Source: Lama glama
Taxonomy: Eukaryota
DNA: 64,000 nucleotides
Assembly: GCA_028534125.1 (NCBI GenBank)
Contig: CM052818.1
Location: 35,032,001 to 35,096,000 of the forward strand
Direction: 5' to 3'
Of the stretch, positions 1 to 14,366 are shown one piece after another. The notes under the pieces were generated by a model that was not told where the DNA came from, did not search any database, and was given only the letters and a program-made list of their open reading frames with translations. The stretch's first letter is position 1, and every line of letters begins with the position of its first letter. The translations under genes and the position numbers were made by a program.

Positions 1-1195
1 CTGAAGCTTCCCTGGAGAGCATGTTTCTTTCCCAGATGCCCAAGTAAACAGCTCCTTAGATTGCTGGCACTGAATGAGCCATGTATCTTCCTGAATCTGT
101 CACTGTGCAGGTTGGGAGAGGAGTGCACATGGAAATGGTAATTGGCTTTTCCAATCAGGAAATGCTAGTTTAACAGCTTGGATTTACACTTTTGATGACC
201 ATGGAGTTAAGTCTGTCTCAATTTCATGAGAATGAGAGAGGGATAATGTTTCACAAGAAATTTTAGGTACCATCTCCAGAAGAGGGAACAGATGCCAGGT
301 CATCAAACCACAGGTGGCAATGTCATGACCCAGTCTTCCTCCTACTACACAGAACTAGTACCTTTTAGATTTATGATTCTCTGTGTCTGTATTTTCTATT
401 TTGTTTCACCAGCAGGCTATAAGAGTGCACATTTGCCTATTTATTCTGCCCCAGAAACATATTGCTTCAGTAGTAGTGGCTTAGTGTACGTCGTAGGCAA
501 ATCTCTCATTATTTATTTCCTAGGTATTTCTTGGGCAATTTTTATGTATTTATTTGATGCAAACTTTGGAATTCTGACTAGAATTGCCTTATGTATATTT
601 TTAACTTGGAAATATCTAAATTAAATAAACATATCTGAAAAAAAATCCTGGAGAAACTCAGCATTTTGTTTTTTAGCAAAAGGTTTTTATTTTCTTTGTT
701 GTCCTCCATCTTTTCAGTTTTTGACCCTCAGCACTTTTCACAATACCAAAAGACAGTGGACACATGGCCCTGCTCTCCCCTACAGAGAACTCTTATCTTT
801 AGGTACCCAAGATATCTAACAGCCTCTTGCTGTAGGCTTCTTTGAGTTTTTGAGTAGTACCAGCAGAGAAGTTAGAGGGAGAAGAGCTGGAAATGTGCAA
901 ATAAGCTGCCCTCGGGTATTGTGAGTTTTTTTTTTTTTTTTGAATTTAAGGATGCCACACATCTCCATTTAGATTACTATAGGCAAATGAAATTGATTAC
1001 AATTGGAAAGGAAATAATACAAGTAAAGATATTTTTTACAGATAATTTATAATATACCTAAAACTCTAGAAAATATGATAAATATATATTAGATTTAGTA
1101 AACATTTTAACCAAGTTTCTACATAGAAGATGACTATTCCAAAGCCTATTTTATACCTTTAAAAAGTGATCTGATAGGTAAATACAAGAGACCAT

Positions 1196-1282
1196 AGTAA
1201 TATATACAAGTATGGAATCAGTACGTTGTATACCTGACATTAATATAATGTTATATGTCAATTCTATCTCAGTTAAAAAAAA
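1196..1282 (+). mobile_element. Very short 5'-truncated L1 3' end with 17-bp target-site duplication
   Basis: L1 3'-terminal sequence (...tgtatacctgacattaatataatgttatatgtcaattctatctc + A tail) flanked by TAAATACAAGAGACCAT at 1179-1195 and 1283-1299. Confidence 0.8.
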
Positions 1283-1737
1283 TAAATACAAGAGACCATG
1301 GAAATGTATTCTTTCATGACTCAGATTCAGTCTGGTGCAGCTGTATGCAAGGAGATTACTACTATTTATTTCTGTGTGTGTTTTCATTTTCCTCTGTGTT
1401 TTACTTATGGACATTTAAAGCATGTGCTAAATGAAAAAGATTTTTTTTTGAAAAAAGATCTGATTTTATTGAGGTATATTAACAAAGACAATTGTAAGTG
1501 AAATTAAAGTCTTTACAAAATAAATTTGTAATACTTCTGTGAGGTAAATTTTTCTTGACTTAAATGTTAAGTGCTGAATCAGGATTAAGAAAATTAAAGA
1601 ATTTATTTTTTCTTTCGATTTTTGGGAATGAATTTTATATCTGTTTTCTTCGTGACAGTCTCCTTAGATTGATGGACTTTTTATAGTTTATAACGTGTCT
1701 ATGTCAAATGAGTGTTGACCAGTTAATTTTATCTTAA

Positions 1738-1965
<228 letters not shown>

Positions 1966-3344
1966 TAAAAACAGGAAGTGACTGCATATAAATAATAATT
2001 GCATTATAGAGACAGAATTCTGTTCTTGAAGAGCTCACTTTTAGGAAGAGGTAAAGTTTTCAACACCGTATCCAATTTTTTTTTAAATGTGTAACCATCT
2101 GTAGGTAGGTCAGAGAAATAACTTCATTTTTCATTCTTTGCTGTAGTATTATTTTGAAAGGATGAAATGAAGATGACTTCCAGTGACTTTTTAAAGGGCC
2201 TCACACCATTTAAATAATAATGAGTGTTACTGTGGAGCATACAACCTTGATCCTTTTTTTAAAAATTTTTAATTTTTTTATTGAAGCATGATTGATTTAT
2301 GATATTGTTAGTTTCAATTATATAGCAAAATGATTCATGTGTACATTTTTTTTCCAGATCATTTTCCACCAGCCTTGATGCTTTATATTACTTTCTCATT
2401 TAATTTTCCATTACAATTCAGAGTTGTGGTTATTATTGCTTTATTAAAATGGAGAAAGCTGAAGTTTAGAGGATTGGGTTTTCTTGTCCATTGTTGGCCA
2501 GATAGTATCAAAACCAGAACATGAACCCAGATCTGACTGAATTCCCATGTTCTTTTACCATAAGAGGCTTGCTAATTTCTGATTTCTGCAGTGAAAAGGG
2601 ACCTTGACTTATCAGTGTCCTTTCTGTTACAAGAAGGAAAAACAAATGATCTTGAGTAAAACAGGTAATTTATTAGTTCATATAACTAAAAATTCTAGGA
2701 AAGGTTAGCCTGAATTCAGGATCTCAAATGATTGCCATCAGGGATGGGTCTCTCTGCTTCCTTTGGGCTTCATTCTGAGGTAGGCTCTCTCCTCATCATA
2801 CCTAACTTCAGTCCCAGCCCCCATTCTGCAAGCTGTAAGTGTGGAGAGAAAGTCTCAGGAACTGAAGCAGGAACCCTTTAGTTAGTTCTGATGTGGCTTA
2901 ATTGGTTTGGCTTGGCCCATGTGCCTATATCTGAATGGTCGCCGTTGCCAATATATTGAATCTTCTGATTGACCACTTACTCTTTGGTTCATGATCACCC
3001 TTGATGTGAAGGTGTGGTTAAGCCCTCTCAAGCCAGATGAATTGAGGAGAGGGTTGTTTCCCAAAGGAAATCTGTCAGCAGAAGGAAAATTAATGTTTGG
3101 CTTGCAATGACTATGTCCATATGTATGTGGGACTCTGTCCCCTCTTAACTATGTAGCTTTAAGCTGTAGTCCTTGCTATGCTCAGTGGTTGTGTGTAGCC
3201 CACTAACATTAAAAAGATCAGACTTACCTATAATACTTTCTTTTAAAACACTTTGCTGAGCTTCATGAGGTTATAGGAATCTAGTCCCATATGGAGCTTT
3301 CTGTGTTTCTTTTAGGTTTTAGCTCTTCTAGACCTTCCATATTA

Positions 3345-4130
3345 TTAATAATGTTTATTAAATGCCTACTCTGTACTGGACACTGTAGAGGCTATAGAGA
3401 AGGGTAAAACTATGGTCTCTGATCTCTTGAAGCTCACATTACTAAAATAATTGCAATTGCATACTGACAAAACATACTGTGTTGTAAAGTGCTGTGATAA
3501 TGCAGGGAAATAAAGATTAATCTTGAATAAAGGGATCTAGAAGTTTTTGTTTGTTTTTATTTTTGTTTTTTTAAACTGAACTTGAGTTGAACTTTGGTAG
3601 ATAAGTAATGGGAGGAAGGGCCTTCCAGCACAAGGGACTAGCTTAAGCAGAGGCACAGATAAATGGATTCAGAAGAGATTTGAAAGTAGAGTGAATTGGG
3701 GTGGTCAGACCATAATCTGTGTGTGAGGTAGTGTGGTAATGAGTCAGGATGGGTAAGTGTTAGGTGAAGAACAAACTGGAGGCTTTTGAAAACCTGACTG
3801 AGCAGAGAGAGAGAGGAGGATGGGAGGGTATGTTCTGAGGAAATGGCATAGGTTTTTCAGGAGAATAACAAGATCAAATCCATGTTTAGGACGATAATTC
3901 AAGTAGGATAGACTTAAGGGTAGAGCAGGAAAACTTGTCAAAAAGATAGTTGTGATTGTTCGGAAGCGATAATTGGCCTTAACTATGAGAGTGATGAAAG
4001 AGATGGAGGCAAGGACCATTAGAGAAAATGTAAACTGTTTGGAGTGAGTAAAAGAAGAGTGCAGTGATTCTAATATTTGGGGTGTGAGTAGATCCTGGAG
4101 GGGTCACAAGTTTAAGAAGATAGTTCTATT
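3345..4130 (+). mobile_element. Ancient L2 LINE fragment
   Basis: tttattaaatgcctactctgtactggacactgt start followed by purine-rich L2-like sequence; boundaries and orientation approximate. Confidence 0.5.
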
Positions 4131-4544
4131 TGTATTTAAAATACTTGTTGAATTTACATGTCAAGAGGTCTGGTTGGCAAGTAACTCTATAATAAAGTTT
4201 CCTGGATTTTGAAGGAAAGAATAGGAAAATAAGGGATATATATTTTAAGAAAGTGTGTAACATAAGAAATGGTTCTGAGTGAAATGGCACTGAAGTATAA
4301 ACATAAGTGGAATAAAAACAGTTCCTTATTAGACCAGTGGGTACTATCTTGGCTATAATGTCCTGAGTGCAAATTATAGGTAGGAGGTAATATGTCAGAA
4401 TTGTTTTTTCTCTGATTATAAAAATTAAATTATATGGGAAAACAAAAAAATACATTGAGAGGAAAAAAGTATCATCCATAGTTTTATAACTTAGAAATAA
4501 CATTCACTAATGTGTTTATATGTGTATATTTTGTATACTACATA

Positions 4545-4795
4545 AATAATAGTAGCTAATATTTGTTGAGCTCTTATCATATGCCAGGCACTATTCTAAG
4601 CATTTTACATTTACTAACTCATTTAATTTCAGAATGATCTCTTAAGGTAGGTACTATTACCCCATCTTATAGATAGGGAAACTGAGGCATGAGAGTTTAA
4701 GACTTTGACCAAGGCTGCATAATTAGGAGAAGGTAGATCCAGAATCCAAACCCAAAAGTCTTTTAATTTCCTAGTTCTTGATCTTGTAACTACCC
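4545..4795. mobile_element. MIR SINE
   Basis: Core motifs atttgttgagctcttatcatatgccaggcact and cccatcttatagatagggaaactgaggc. Confidence 0.8.
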
Positions 4796-5416
4796 TATTA
4801 CATCTGTTACATACTGTGCTGATACAGGTATCCTTTCTGATGAGCATTCTCACTATCCAATGGAGAAACCAAAGATTCATGTGATTTCTTTTCTTTTCTT
4901 TTCTTTTTTTATTGATTCCTTTTGTATTGACTCATACTACTTACTAACCAATTTCCAGGAACCAATTAGATTGAAATAATGCACTGTCTCTTGCTATCCA
5001 GGTACTTAACTGAATTTGCAGTACGTAATGGTTCTTACATACACACAAATATATATAGTACATGGATGGTGGATGTACATACATTTTTTAAAGATTGTTA
5101 TCATATAGTTTTTTTATCCTGAACATTTCATCATTTACTTGGACTTAATTATACCAAGTTTTTGTCTAATTTAATCCTCTATATTGTACCTGCATAAGAT
5201 TGTCATGTATGATTTTTATCTTTGGGTATAGATGGAAACATCAGCTAATTTGACCCAAAGAAGAAAGATGACAGGAATTCAGAAAATATTGCTACTAAAT
5301 CTTATAATACTAAAAATTAATCAGCACAAATAAGTCACAGCAATGCATATCAGAAATTTAATTCCTATTTGCTGAAATGATAATGATTAATCCTAATTGG
5401 ATGCCTACATTTTCAG

Positions 5417-5567
5417 AAAGATGTGCCGGATGGGGTGAAAGAGCTATCAGAAGGTTCAGAAGAAAGCAGTGATGGTCAGTCAGATTCCCAGAGTTCTGAG
5501 AACAGCAGCAGCAGCAGTGATGGTGGCAGCAACAAGGAGGGAAAAAAGAGCAGGTGGAAAAGGAAAG
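5417..5567 (+). CDS. ASXL2: ASXL2 coding exon (probable exon 5), Ser-rich acidic linker and basic NLS-like end
   Basis: tttcag|[62 protein letters not shown]; donor AAG|gtaaat; 151 nt, phase 0 to 1. Confidence 0.97.
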
Positions 5568-5680
5568 GTAAATCCACCTGATCCCTCAATAAAGTACTGA
5601 ATGCTGGAGGATAAATGCCCCTATTAGTCATTCTTCTTTTTCCAGACCCCGGGTCAGTCTCTTTCCCTTACCAGTTAGAT

Positions 5681-5885
5681 CAGTACTGTTCAGTAGAGTT
5701 TCCTGCAGGGATGGAAATGTTTCGTATCTGTGCTGACCAGCTCAACACAGTAGCCAATAGCTACATGTGTCTACTAAGCACTTGAAACATAGCTAGTGCG
5801 ACTCAGGAACTGAATTTTTAATTTTATTTTAGCTTAAATTTAAATAGCCACATGTAGCTAGTGGCCATCACATTGGACAGCATGA
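5681..5885. mobile_element. hAT-Charlie DNA transposon fossil (MER3/MER33-like)
   Basis: cagtactgttcagtaga...atggaaatgtt...tagccacatgtagctagtggc...cattggacagc, with internal inverted symmetry. Confidence 0.75.
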
Positions 5886-8800
5886 CCCTAGGTTTTACTT
5901 TGGTTGATTTTCAGTCCTTGGCCACCCATAGCCTTTTAAAGGATGCTCTTAATTTATTTACCTCTTTAATCCTCTCTTCTAAAATTTGAGCACTTAATTG
6001 CTCTAACAACTCTCCTTACTAGGAAAAGAATGCTTTTCATTTCTACTAGCAAAGACTAAATTTAGTCTGTTGGTCTTTGCTCTCATCGCCTGCTTGGTGT
6101 CTGCTTCATAGCTTACCCAAAAACTTTCTTTAGGGAATAACATCTTTGTTACTGCAGTTTCCCGGGGATGAATTTTCCACCTAAGGATACATTTTGTTAC
6201 CTATTCTTGCTGATTATTTGTAGCTACTTGTCAAGAGTCTTTTTGAAGAGAGCAAATCGTTTTTACCCCAATGTTGATAATTTTAGCTGTACGTAGCAAA
6301 GCAGATTTTAAGCCAGCTCATGCTGTTGCGTTATAAGGACCAGTGTAGTGAGATTCCAGAGCAGAGTAGACATCCTAGAGTTTCCCTTGTTTCGGTGTCC
6401 TCTTAGGTTTGAGTTACAGGTGAACTATCTTTGGATCTAGAAGCTAGAATTATGTTTGTTGGAATACTTGACTTATTAATTTTAAGTCTCTGTAGAACTA
6501 TTGATTTTGAACTATATCAGAAGAATCATCTGATTCATTACCATGTCTGTGTTACTGAGTGTGCTACTCCTGGAGAGAATTTAGATAATTGGTAGCATTA
6601 TCTATGTTCTCTGATACAGCTACTACACATGCAATTTGGGTAAATTTTTTAACCAGAAGATTTTAGGTTTAAGATCACAACCACTTGGAGAGCAATCCAG
6701 ACCTCATATGCTAAGAACAAATGGAATAAGGCAAGACAGAGTTGGGAACTGTGACCAATATTTTTAATATATATTTAAAGTAATCCCTGTCAGTAGTGGA
6801 AAGAGGTGTGTCCAGGACCATAAATTTCTCAGAGTCCACTGAAGACCCTTTTTTTTTTGAGGAATGGAGCCAAAAGTGTTAAGGGCTGTGTCTCTCCTCT
6901 GCTCCTCCCCAGTTGACATTTTTCTTCCTAAGTTTGGAAGTTGTTGATCTAAGATTAGGAACCAAGCATCAGACAAGGGAAACAGATTCATACTTTCTGG
7001 ATGTGGCTGGAAACGGAAATCAGTATTAAAGGAGGTCAGACTAGTAAACTAGGAACAGAATCATGGTCTTAGAGATCTTTGCTTTTCATTTGCCACATAG
7101 GCTACACAGTAGCTGTTTTCTGAGTAGTGGCTGTAACATGGTTGTGAAAGGCTGTTTCTAAGAATTGTAGGTAAATGTATTGTGATGCAGAAGGATCTAA
7201 GAAATAACCGAACTCCCTTGTCAGTAGCTTAGTGGATAGATAACCTTGCCCCACACCCAGCACAGTAGTAGAAGATACTAATAGCAAGGTAATAGAATTT
7301 TCAAAATTATGATCCAGATAAATTATTTTTGAGCTACCTCTGATTCCTTCCTCTTCTAGAAATTGTCACAATATTAAATACTTATCCTCAGTTTACGTTG
7401 AGATGTTCAGTAAAGATCTTTTCTAATTGTAACCTATTAAACTGAGAATAGGCGGGCCACACGTGGAGTTTGGAAGTGGAGATGAGAGGTGCGCATGATG
7501 CGTGGAAGTCACATTTACTCTTGCAACTCTAATATTAAGAAACGGATAAATGCTGAGCTAGCAATAATGAAGAATGATTTAGTTCTCATAGGTTGTGCTT
7601 CTCTCATTCATGGGTCGTACATATGGCATAAGCATAGAAACGTAACATTCTAGGTTTGTAGTAAATATTTATGAATGCTTTTGTAATCCAGTGCAAATCA
7701 AAGTGGAAAACATGCAGTTAGCAGTGAAAGGAGCAGCATACTGCAGAGCAGTTCTAAATCAGTTGCAGTTATTAATAAAGGAAAACGAACTAAGTGTGCC
7801 TATTCCTTGTTCTTATTTAGGGCTTTTTCTCTCAGTCTGACATCACTTTATTTCAAATGCTTTGTAAGACAGGAAGAACACTGAGATAGTATCAAAACCC
7901 ACTTCCTTTTATGTACAAAAATAAAGAGCTCTGACAGCACAACCGATACTTCTAGTTGAAAATCGATAGAAACTCTTGATGTAGGTCTACCTTTCGGCCA
8001 GATAGGAACAAAGAACAGAACTTTGAAATCCAGTCCAATATTAAAACTAGCTTATTGATTTCTGTGTAAGGTAGAAGAACTCAGAATTCTGTAGTTTTGG
8101 TTCCTAATTTTCAGACAGGAAACAATGTTCAGAGAAGAGCTTTATGGAATTCCAAGCCAAGGTAAGATGGAACAACACCAGAAAAAATGTTTAAAACTTT
8201 TTCTGTTGCCTTTTTTTTGTAGGATTGTAGCCAAGTGAAGCTCTGCCTTTTCCCTAAAATATAAACACTACAACATGAAGCAACTCAGAAGTATTATTTT
8301 TATCTTCTGATAAGGTTTTGTTAAATTTTGGTCTGCTTTAAAAATGTCTTAAAAATTAATTATGTGAAATTACACTTTTTCACCTGTAAGAAATTATCAG
8401 TTCTTTCCAGGAACATGATCTAGTGTTAATTTTACTGCTTATTCAGATATTTGATACATAGTGTGCTTGAAGTTACTTAAAATACCATAGACCTGTCTGC
8501 CTTCTAACATCATTTATATATATGTTTTAAGTTACTGAATAGGGGTGATTATGTATAGAAATGTCTCCTTTAAAAAGTATCCTGGAGAGAAAAATGCCTT
8601 TGGCAGTGTTAACTGATGTGCGGAGAAACCTTTGGGAGAGAGTTTCTCTTCTCTCTGGGGTGGTTGGTGTCTTAGTTGGAGGTTTTAGCTTTGTTAGATA
8701 TTAAAGACAGCTATACTATTAGGATCTGGATAGGTAGGGTACCCAGGAGCAGGGGAAGGGTTCAGGTATGGACTCTTCATCTTTGATTAGGGGGCTGTTT

Positions 8801-9470
8801 GAATATAATTAGGAGCCATGGCCTGCCCAGTTAGGAGTGGACTGCACTTGGTGTGGAAAGAAAGGACTTAGAACTAAAAAACGGTCTGTTACTTCTGGAA
8901 ATGAAATTCCTCTAAAGAAAGATGATTGTGAAAATAAAAACTCCCTTAGTAGAAGGATTGCCATTTTTTGGACAATTAAAACACTTCATGGAACTTAAGT
9001 TGTAAACCTGTCTTTCAATTATTAGTCCTTCAACTAGATAAAGCTCAGTTTGAATTTTTTGATGTTACTGCTTCATTATTTCTGAGTCACTTCAGAGGGG
9101 CCCATTAATTGTCTTCAGGAGAAAATAAAACACTAAGAGATTATTTACTGAAGCTTTAAATTTAAATGCATCTAATGTGGATCGTCCATACCCTTTGACC
9201 TTGTTTAAAATAATAAGCATTTGTTGATATGGAAAATTCTCAGTGCTATAAAAGTAGTACCTTCTCAGTGGATGATACATAAATATCCAACAGCCTGAAA
9301 TTACCCCAGTGAACTATGTAGAATTGGCTCTAATGAGTGAGCCTCAAGTTCCAAAACTTGTTTCAAATATTTTTCTGAAAACACTTAATTTTGAGTTTAA
9401 AAAGATTTCTCTGGTAGGTTGCTGTTTGGTTTTTGAGTGTGGCATTTTTGGTTTTTTGGTCTCTCTTCTT

Positions 9471-9553
9471 TTAATGGAGGTACTAGGGGTTGAACACCAA
9501 GACCTCGTGCATCCTAGGCACACACTCTACCACTGAGCTATACCTCATCTCCC
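9471..9553 (-). mobile_element. tRNA-Ala-derived SINE (camelid Vic-1-like)
   Basis: Reverse complement reads gggagatgaggtatagctcagtggtagag...ggtgttcaacccctagtacctcc (Pol III A and B boxes). Confidence 0.8.
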
Positions 9554-11239
9554 ATTTTTGTTTATTTAAATCGAATAATGAGTGCTGATCTTTTGATCAG
9601 AACTTGTTACTGTTTAGCTACATCTATATATTTATATGAAAGCAAGTTTTTTCTTTTTCTAATCAGGTACTAAATGTGTTCTTAAATGAGTGCTTTTAAT
9701 CTGTTGAGCAGTCTGCATTGGAGGACAAGTAGTTTAGGATATAATCTTGAGCATTTTTGTTAAGGCCATTAGTTTATTTGCAAAACCAAATAAACATCTC
9801 TCTTTAAACTACATGTTACCCTTACTCTTTCTCCAGTACATCCTATTTGCCAGGTATGTGGGAAATTTGAATAAGGTGTGGCCCCCACCCATTTCTTGAG
9901 GTATAGAACAATAAGCAGATAATTAGCAGATAACTTAATAAGTAGTATGTTTTTATATTTATCATCTGTGGCAGCATTAGAGAAGGGAGTAGTTAACTTT
10001 ACCTGGATTACTAAGTGTTGTATGAACTCTAGAAATTTTAATATACTGTTCTTCCCTTGAGAGTATAATCTCTAGGGAAGAGAGGCTATATCATGGAAAG
10101 AAAATATATATAAAGGCAAGAAGGTGGAAGTGTATGTATAGTATTCTCAAGAAGCTATAGGAGGTTAAGTTTGGCTCGAAGAGGGGATTTGTGGAACGAG
10201 AGAAGGGGGAGAAGTTGGGATCAGACTGTTCATGATTAGTGGTAGCTTCCATTATTTATAGGTGATTGGTGTGCAGTTAGATATGTAGTGTGGATTAGAA
10301 AATGGCAACACTGCTGATTGGACCAAATGTTCACAGTGACATATCAAGAGGAACAAGATTTTTGTTTATAGACCCTGTTCTGTTTGTTTCATCCTATTGT
10401 CCATTTAGTATCTTGGTTAACATACTAGCTTCTTTATTTGTTTTTCTGCTCACTAGTATTCACGTTAGTTCAATTTATTTCTAATCACCGATGCGTAGGT
10501 TAAAAGAATTCATTTCCATTCTACTGTTGAAAGTCATTTGTTGTGGGCAGTGTATTTCCTTGGTGCAGGATGACAGTTTTATTTGAATTAAGAAGTAAAA
10601 CTGGTAATACAGAAATGTGACAGATTATTTTTCTCTAAGGGCCACTTTGTAAGAAAAGATTATATACAGGGACTTGATACAGCTAAAATGCACCTTTAAT
10701 GTTCATTTCTCAAATAATGTCTTATTTTTAATATCTTTATCCTTTTTAAGATATAACCCTAGGAAATCTTGGTTGCTCATTTTGTAACTGTGTGGCCCTG
10801 TTCCCATGCCTTCCCACACACCCCCTGCCCCATCCCCACCTCCCTACTAGCCGTTTACTCGGAAACTATTCATCAGGAAGGAAACCTCCCAACACATGGT
10901 AGACCTATACTTATGTAAAATACAATAAAAATGGCCCAGCAGTGTCAACTTTTTATGAAAGTCTCTAAATGCTTAGTCTCCCTTTTGTACTCATTTTCAT
11001 TGTTAGTCATTTAGATCATCTTTTATGCAAAGCATTTTCCAGTCTTTGCCATTTTTCTATGGATTGTCGTCTTCTAGTGGCTTTTTGAATATAAGCCATG
11101 CAAATAACTTCTTATTCTGTGTGGCCTGTCTTTTCACTCTCTGCAACATAACTTTTGATGAACACAGTTTCCTAACTTTAGTATAATTTAATACATCCTT
11201 AAGAAAATCCATTTCCCACTGACATGAAAGTAGTTTCTT

Positions 11240-12420
11240 CTGGGCCGTAAAACACTCCTTCACAAATTTAAAGAAATATAAATCTATAATGTCTGCTCTT
11301 AGATCCCAATGAAATTAAACTAGGAATCGGTAGCAGAAAGATAACTGGAAGATCCCAAATATGTGGAGGTTAAGCACATGCTTCTAAATAACTCATGTCA
11401 AAGAAGAAATCTTGAGAAATTTTAACATATTTTGAACTAAATGAAAATACAACTTAATAAAATCTGTGGTATGCAGTGAAAGCAGTGCTTAGAGGGAAAT
11501 TTACAGCATTGAATGCATCTATTAGAAAAGAAGAAAGAAGTAATCTGAGCTTCCACCTTAGGAAATTAGAAAAAGAAGAGCAAATTAAACCCAGCGAAAG
11601 CAGAAGAAAAGAAACAAGAATTAGAGTAGAAATCAATGAAATTGAAAATAAGGTATCAGTAGAGAAAATCAATGAAACCAAAAGCTGGTCCTTTGAAAAG
11701 ATAATAAAATTACTAAGCCTCTCCCCAGGCTAAGAGAAAAAGGAGACAGAAATTACAAATTTCAGAAACGAGAGGCCATCACTACAGATCCCATGGGTCT
11801 TAAAAGGGTGATAAAGGAATATTTTGAACAGTTTTGTGCCCACAGGTTTGATAATCTAGATGAAATGGATCAATTTCTTGACAAAATCTGTCAAAAATCA
11901 CGTAAGAATAGACAGTCTGAGTAGGCCTGTATCAATTAATGAAATTGAATCAACAATTATTTCCAAAGCAGAAAGCACCAAGCCCAGATTGATTCACTGA
12001 TGAATTCTTTTAAACATTTGAAGAAGAAACTATACAAATTCTCTGTAATCTCTTTCAGAGGATAGAGGCAGAGGGAATACTTCCCAGCTCATTCATGAAT
12101 CCAGCAAGCCCCTAATACCAAAACCAGACAAAGACATTACAGGAAAAGAAAACGACAGAGCAATGTCTCTCATGAACATAGGTGCAGAAATTCTCAACAT
12201 AGTATTAGCAAGTCAAATTCAATGATGGACAAAAAGATTTATGCATCACTACCAAATGGGATTTATCTCAGATATGCAGGAATGGTTTAACCTTAAAAGA
12301 TCAATTAATGTAAACCATCACATCAACAGGCTAAAAATAATGTCGCATGATCATATCAACAGATGTAGTAAATGCATTGATAAAATCCAACACCCATTCA
12401 TGATAAAAACTCCCAGTAAA
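11240..12420 (+). mobile_element. Degenerate L1 ORF2 fragment (linker to RT)
   Basis: Peptides KAVLRGKFTALNASIRKEE and HHYQMGFISDMQEWFN...DKIQHPFMIKT; frameshifts and stops. Confidence 0.9.
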
Positions 12421-12499
12421 CAAAAGTTTCTTCTATGTGTGTATGCCTGCCTGTATATGCGTTTCAATGAAACATTTACTCTTACATGTTTTACATTTA

Positions 12500-13195
12500 G
12501 ATTTCCAAACCACCTGGGATATTTTTGGATTATGTGAGAAAAGGATCATGGGTTTTTTTCCCGCCTATGTGGCTATCCAAATGATCCAGCAGCATTTTTG
12601 AGAAGACTGTTCTGTCCTGCACTTCAGTGTCCCCTATATCATAAGTCAGTTGACCACACATACATTTATGGGCCAGTTTCTGGACTCTGTTATGTTCCAT
12701 TGTCATTTTTTTTCTGCCCGTGAGCCAGGACCACCCTGTTTTAATTACTGTAGCTTTATAATTAGGTTTGATATCTAATAGTTTTTCTATTTTGTTTTTC
12801 AAGATTTTTTTTTTGTCTCTTTTGGCTCGTCTCATTTCCATGTAAATTTTAGAATCAGCTGGTCAGTTTTCACATGCACTCTCTCTCATTAACCTGCCAG
12901 AATTTTGGTTGAGATTGCATTAAATCTGTATGTCAGTCTGAGTTCTGTTGGGTGTTTACATCATTAAACCTTTCAATCTGTGAAAGTGGTGCTACTGTGT
13001 TTTCTGCAGTTTTCTTAATTTCTTTCATTAATGTTATAATTTTCTTTATATGGGTCTTATACTTTTTTAAATTAGATTTATTCCTTGACATTTTTTATTC
13101 TATTACAAATGGATTTTACATTTTTTCATTTCATAATTGTTTATTGCTGATATGTAAAAATACATATAGTTAGTTTTTATGAATCGATTGTTAGT
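12500..13195 (-). mobile_element. Degenerate L1 ORF2 3' part; continues after the LTR at about 15005-15900
   Basis: Minus-strand peptide YKATVIKTGWSW, typical of L1 ORF2. Confidence 0.75.
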
Positions 13196-13489
13196 GTTTG
13201 TAAAGGGGCTAGAATTCTATCCAGTTTGTAAGCTAACAAGTTAGTCTTACACTGGTTCATGCATGTTGACAGAAGATACAAGACTCCTGAATCAGAGAAG
13301 AAGGACTATCACTCACAGCATAGCAAGCAGTATGAACATTAGCATATTTGTTGTGTTGGTTCCTCTTTATCCTCCCAGGGTTGATGAGATAATGGACCCA
13401 GGTACATGGAACTCATGCAGTGAGTCTGTATCTTAGCCAAGGAACACTGAGATTGAGGGATTCAGTTAATGCCTCCCTCCCTCCCTTTC

Positions 13490-14332
13490 TGTTTTATTGA
13501 GATATCATTGATATACAGCAGTATATAAGTTTAAGATATATGGTATATTGATTTGACTTTAATACATCATGAAATGATTACCACATTAAGTTTAGTCAAC
13601 ATCCATCGTCTCATAGATATAAAAATTAAAGGACTAGAAAATTTTTTCTTTGTGATGAGAACTCTTAGGATGTACTCTCTTAACAGACTTTATAACATAA
13701 AACAGCAGTGTTAATTGTATTTATCACATTGTATATTTGTATCCCTAGTACTTATTTATATTATAAATAGAAGTCTGTATCTGTTCACTGCCTTCATCTG
13801 ATTCCCCTTACCCCAGCCTCTCCACCTCTGGTAAGCACAAACCTGATCTTTTCTTTTTAATGAGTTTGTTTTTGAAGTATAATTGACCTATAACACTATA
13901 TTAGCCTGGTACACAACATAGTGGTTCAGTATTTCTATACATTTCAAAATGATCACCATGGTAAGTCTGTTGTCCTCTGTCACCATACAAAGATATTACA
14001 TCATTATTGACTATATTCCCCGCACTGTACGTTACACACCCCTGTGACTTATTTTGTTGCAAAGTGTATACCTCTTAATCTGCCTCACCTATTTCTCTTT
14101 TCCCTTCACTACCTTCCCTTCTGGCAACCACCTGTTTGTTCTCTATATCTATGATTCTGTTTCTGTTTAGTTATATTTGTTCATTTGCTTTGTTTTTTAG
14201 ATTTCACACATGAGTGAAATCATACAGTAATTTTCTTTTGACTTATTACATTTAGCATTAATACTCTCTGCATCCATCATTGTTGCCACAAATGACAAGA
14301 CTTCATTCTTTTTTTATGGCTGAGTAATATTC

Positions 14333-14366
<34 letters not shown>

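Noticed and set aside
11240..12540. Active L1 or domesticated reverse transcriptase
   Set aside because: Fragmented by stops and frameshifts; no intact ORF1 or ORF2 anywhere in the window.
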